Source: the human T2T-CHM13v2.0 reference genome, Homo sapiens. Taken from it: DNA of 64,000 nt. The stretch lies in NCBI RefSeq assembly GCF_009914755.1, contig NC_060929.1; one strand, written 5' to 3'. Below the pieces are notes generated by a model that saw nothing but the letters and a program-made list of their open reading frames with translations, was not told the origin of the DNA and ran no database searches. The position numbers and the translations under genes are program-made. Of this stretch, positions 59,241-64,000 are shown piece after piece (the first letter of the stretch is position 1; the number at the start of each line of letters is the position of its first letter).

Positions 59241-59708
59241 ACAAACACAAGTTGCTTTTCAAATGAATTTCTTATTAGTTTCCTCTTCCCTACATCTGAG
59301 CAAAAAAATTTCAGAATTTAAAAAGTAAAGTTAAATTTTAAAAGTACGTCAGACTTGGAATCTGGCCCTGGACCATCATGAACTATCTCATAAGCTTTGG
59401 TGAGTCAATGTCCTGAGTCGACTGGAGCCATTAAACCATGGAATTTTAGAACTGGAATGGAGACTTAATAATTACATAATTATAAGTAGAGGTTTTTATT
59501 TTACAAATGAGGAAACTAGAGCACAAATTACTCTTACAAGCTCACAAAGGGAAGTCGCAGAGATGAGTCTATTCTTTCCACTGTCTTATGCAGTTGCTTT
59601 GCTACCTACTAGTATTGAAATGTTTTCCAAATATTTCTAAAGTTTTTTTTTCCTCACATATAAAATAAACACTAGTACTCAGTTTTACCACTTAAAAATT
59701 GCATGAAA

Positions 59709-60870
<1,162 letters not shown>

Positions 60871-61324
60871 ACATAGGAAACCATTATCTTTGCTCTAGGT
60901 GAAAAGACTGGCAAAGTTCTCATGATTGTGCCATTGTTTCATTCTTTAAAAGAACTATGTTTGATGAGTCTTTTAATATAATGTTTTCATGAAAGTGATG
61001 CTTTCAGTTTATCAAACTGTCCTATAAATAAAATTTGAATATGTACTTGATCCGCTTAAGTAGTTTTACATTGTAGATTTATTAAATCTATTTGGTAAAG
61101 GGGAAAAGGTTAGGAATGTATTTATTTCCATGGACAGACAGCATAGAAATTTAAGAATGTAAGGTGCTGGGGTCTTCATTTCAGAGCTGGATGTGTTTGC
61201 CGTAATTGCATTTGTGCATTTTGGACAAACATGTCCAACATACCTGTGAACAAAGATTCAAGGAAAGATATAGTAAATTCTAAGTTGTTCCACTAGCAAA
61301 TTGTCAGTTAGAAATTCTAACAAA

Positions 61325-61652
<328 letters not shown>

Positions 61653-61840
61653 CTAATTATTAGACTTATGCTCTCATGATAAGAAAACAATTTATTATTA
61701 CGTGCTGCTTTAACCAAAATATAGCATGGGACCTGCAGACTCTGACATGACTCATTTTTCTAAAGTAAGTGATGAAAGTATATAACTTTTACTGAACATT
61801 TTCAACGACCATTTCAATTTATTTTAAAAATTGTATAATT

Positions 61841-62489
<649 letters not shown>

Positions 62490-63519
62490 TGTCTATGCTT
62501 ACTTCAGGGGTCATTGTAAGTATTATTAGCAAATTGTTTTTATTTCAAATGGGAAAATACTATATAAGAACAAAGTCTGTTGTTCATTTTTGTATGTCAC
62601 CTGTAATGGAGATTTCTTAATGATTAATAATAATTAAACAAAACTCTTATTAAGCCAACATTTAAATCCAGCTTTTCACGAGTTGCTAATATGGTGTTAA
62701 GCTCTATTAATTCTTTTTTTTTCAAATGTTTAGAACTTGTGACATATCTGAAAGGCAAATTTGGCATTAAACCAACATTTTACTATTGTCAGCTCTACAG
62801 AGTCAATATATCATATTCCCAGAAGAGTAGGTTGTGTTCCTCTTTGCCTCAAACATCATTAACAAAACTGACAGCGAAGCACTAATTCAGAAGTGTTCCA
62901 GTAGTTGTTGATGTGCAAAGCAGAAAGGACTGAGTATGATTGTCAGATGTCAAGCTGGGTTTCCATCACTGACACATAAAAAACGTGTACAGTGACTTGT
63001 AAAGAGGGCCCCGACTGATAAGAACATTGTAGGCTAAAAAAATATAAGAAAGATACAATTATGTCACCTTTTTGGAACTTTTCTTTTTTTAAATCATAAA
63101 AAGGAATTGGAGAAAACAGAAGATTAAACAAAAATTACAAAGATGCTTTAGGGACAAAGAGAACGAAAGGTTTCATACAGAAAAAATTACATTTTTGTCT
63201 TCTTTTATCTTTTACTTAAAAAAAGTTCAACATTCCCCTATTTGTGATATTGCTATAGGCAGCTTGACTGTTTTTTAGATTCGTTTCTTCTAGGTCTGTG
63301 AGCGTTTCCATACAGATGTAGGTTTCAACTCTTTCCTCCAGTTCCAAAGTGAGACAAGCATGTGTCTTCATGTCATGCATTTCCCTAACAGGGTTCTGAT
63401 GACTTCTATTGGAGATCTCAAACATAGATTTTCTTTTTTTTTAAGAGACTTCTAGAATTCCTTACTTATTGTTCTTTACTCTTCCAAGTGCTAGGAGATA
63501 AAGACAAGGCTGGTTGCTC

Positions 63520-64000
63520 ATGTAATATCAACCTTTCCCCCACCTTCCTCCCTAATATAACCCTCATTTTGTGTAGAGAAGAGATTTGCCCCTGCTGAAA
63601 AGCTATTTCTCATCACCCTTTCTTACCCACCCTCCCACCCTCCTCATCATCTCTCTCACAAATCCTCACTCCTCCCAGTCACACTTTGTAGCTAGAGGTG
63701 GCCACGAGACAGTTTGGGTCACTGCTATGTAGGGGAAAGTTACTGGGTAGGGCTTCTAGACAAGCTCTTTCAAGGACACCAACTCAGCTGGTGGCTCCTT
63801 CTGCCCTTTGCCTTCCTCTTCTTCCTGCTCAGAATGGGGTCATAAATTTGCATCGGAGCAGCTATCGTGGGACCCTAAGGAGAGGAACTCACCCTAAGGA
63901 CATGCTGAGTAGAAATAGAAAAGAGCCTGGATCACTACCTGCTGCCTGGAAACACCGCATCAGCTCTGAACAGCTTACCTCCAGACTTCTGGCTACATTA
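63520..64000 (+). mobile_element. MLT1-family LTR (runs off the window)
   Basis: GTAGCTAGAGGTGGCCA, GGAGCAGCTATC.TGGGACC, CTTACCTCCAGACTTCT. Confidence 0.6.

Noticed and set aside
63216-63425. 69-aa ATG-initiated minus-strand ORF
   Set aside because: No recognisable homology or splice context; length expected by chance

Overview
Primate, almost certainly human, non-coding genomic DNA. The evidence is ~40 Alu copies, including a near-consensus AluYa-lineage copy. I find no credible intact protein-coding gene, and the supplied ORFs are mostly Alu/L1 read-throughs. Identifiable content: a disabled RPL28 processed pseudogene (minus strand, ~23.3-23.8 kb), a 5'-truncated ~4 kb L1PB-type LINE with two nested Alus, five MER34/MER39-like ERV1 solo LTRs (four within 5 kb), an LTR27/MER52-group solo LTR, THE1/MST/MLT1 MaLR LTRs, DNA-transposon fossils (MER2-type, Tigger2a, MER1B, MER5, MER53, MER63) and ancient L2/L3/MIR relics. 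The unique-sequence islands between repeats carry motif clusters that look like enhancers: an RFX X-box, FOX/C-EBP-ATF, homeodomain P3 and GATA sites. I cannot support a novel biological system. The best leads are a composite Alu-MER2-Alu insertion bounded by a single TSD (15.0-15.5 kb), an exon-like unit able to encode an N-myristoylation-type N-terminus (21.0-21.2 kb) next to a homeodomain-site cluster, the LTR cluster, and a very young Alu. Repeat subfamily names come from recalled consensus sequences, not from a RepeatMasker run.
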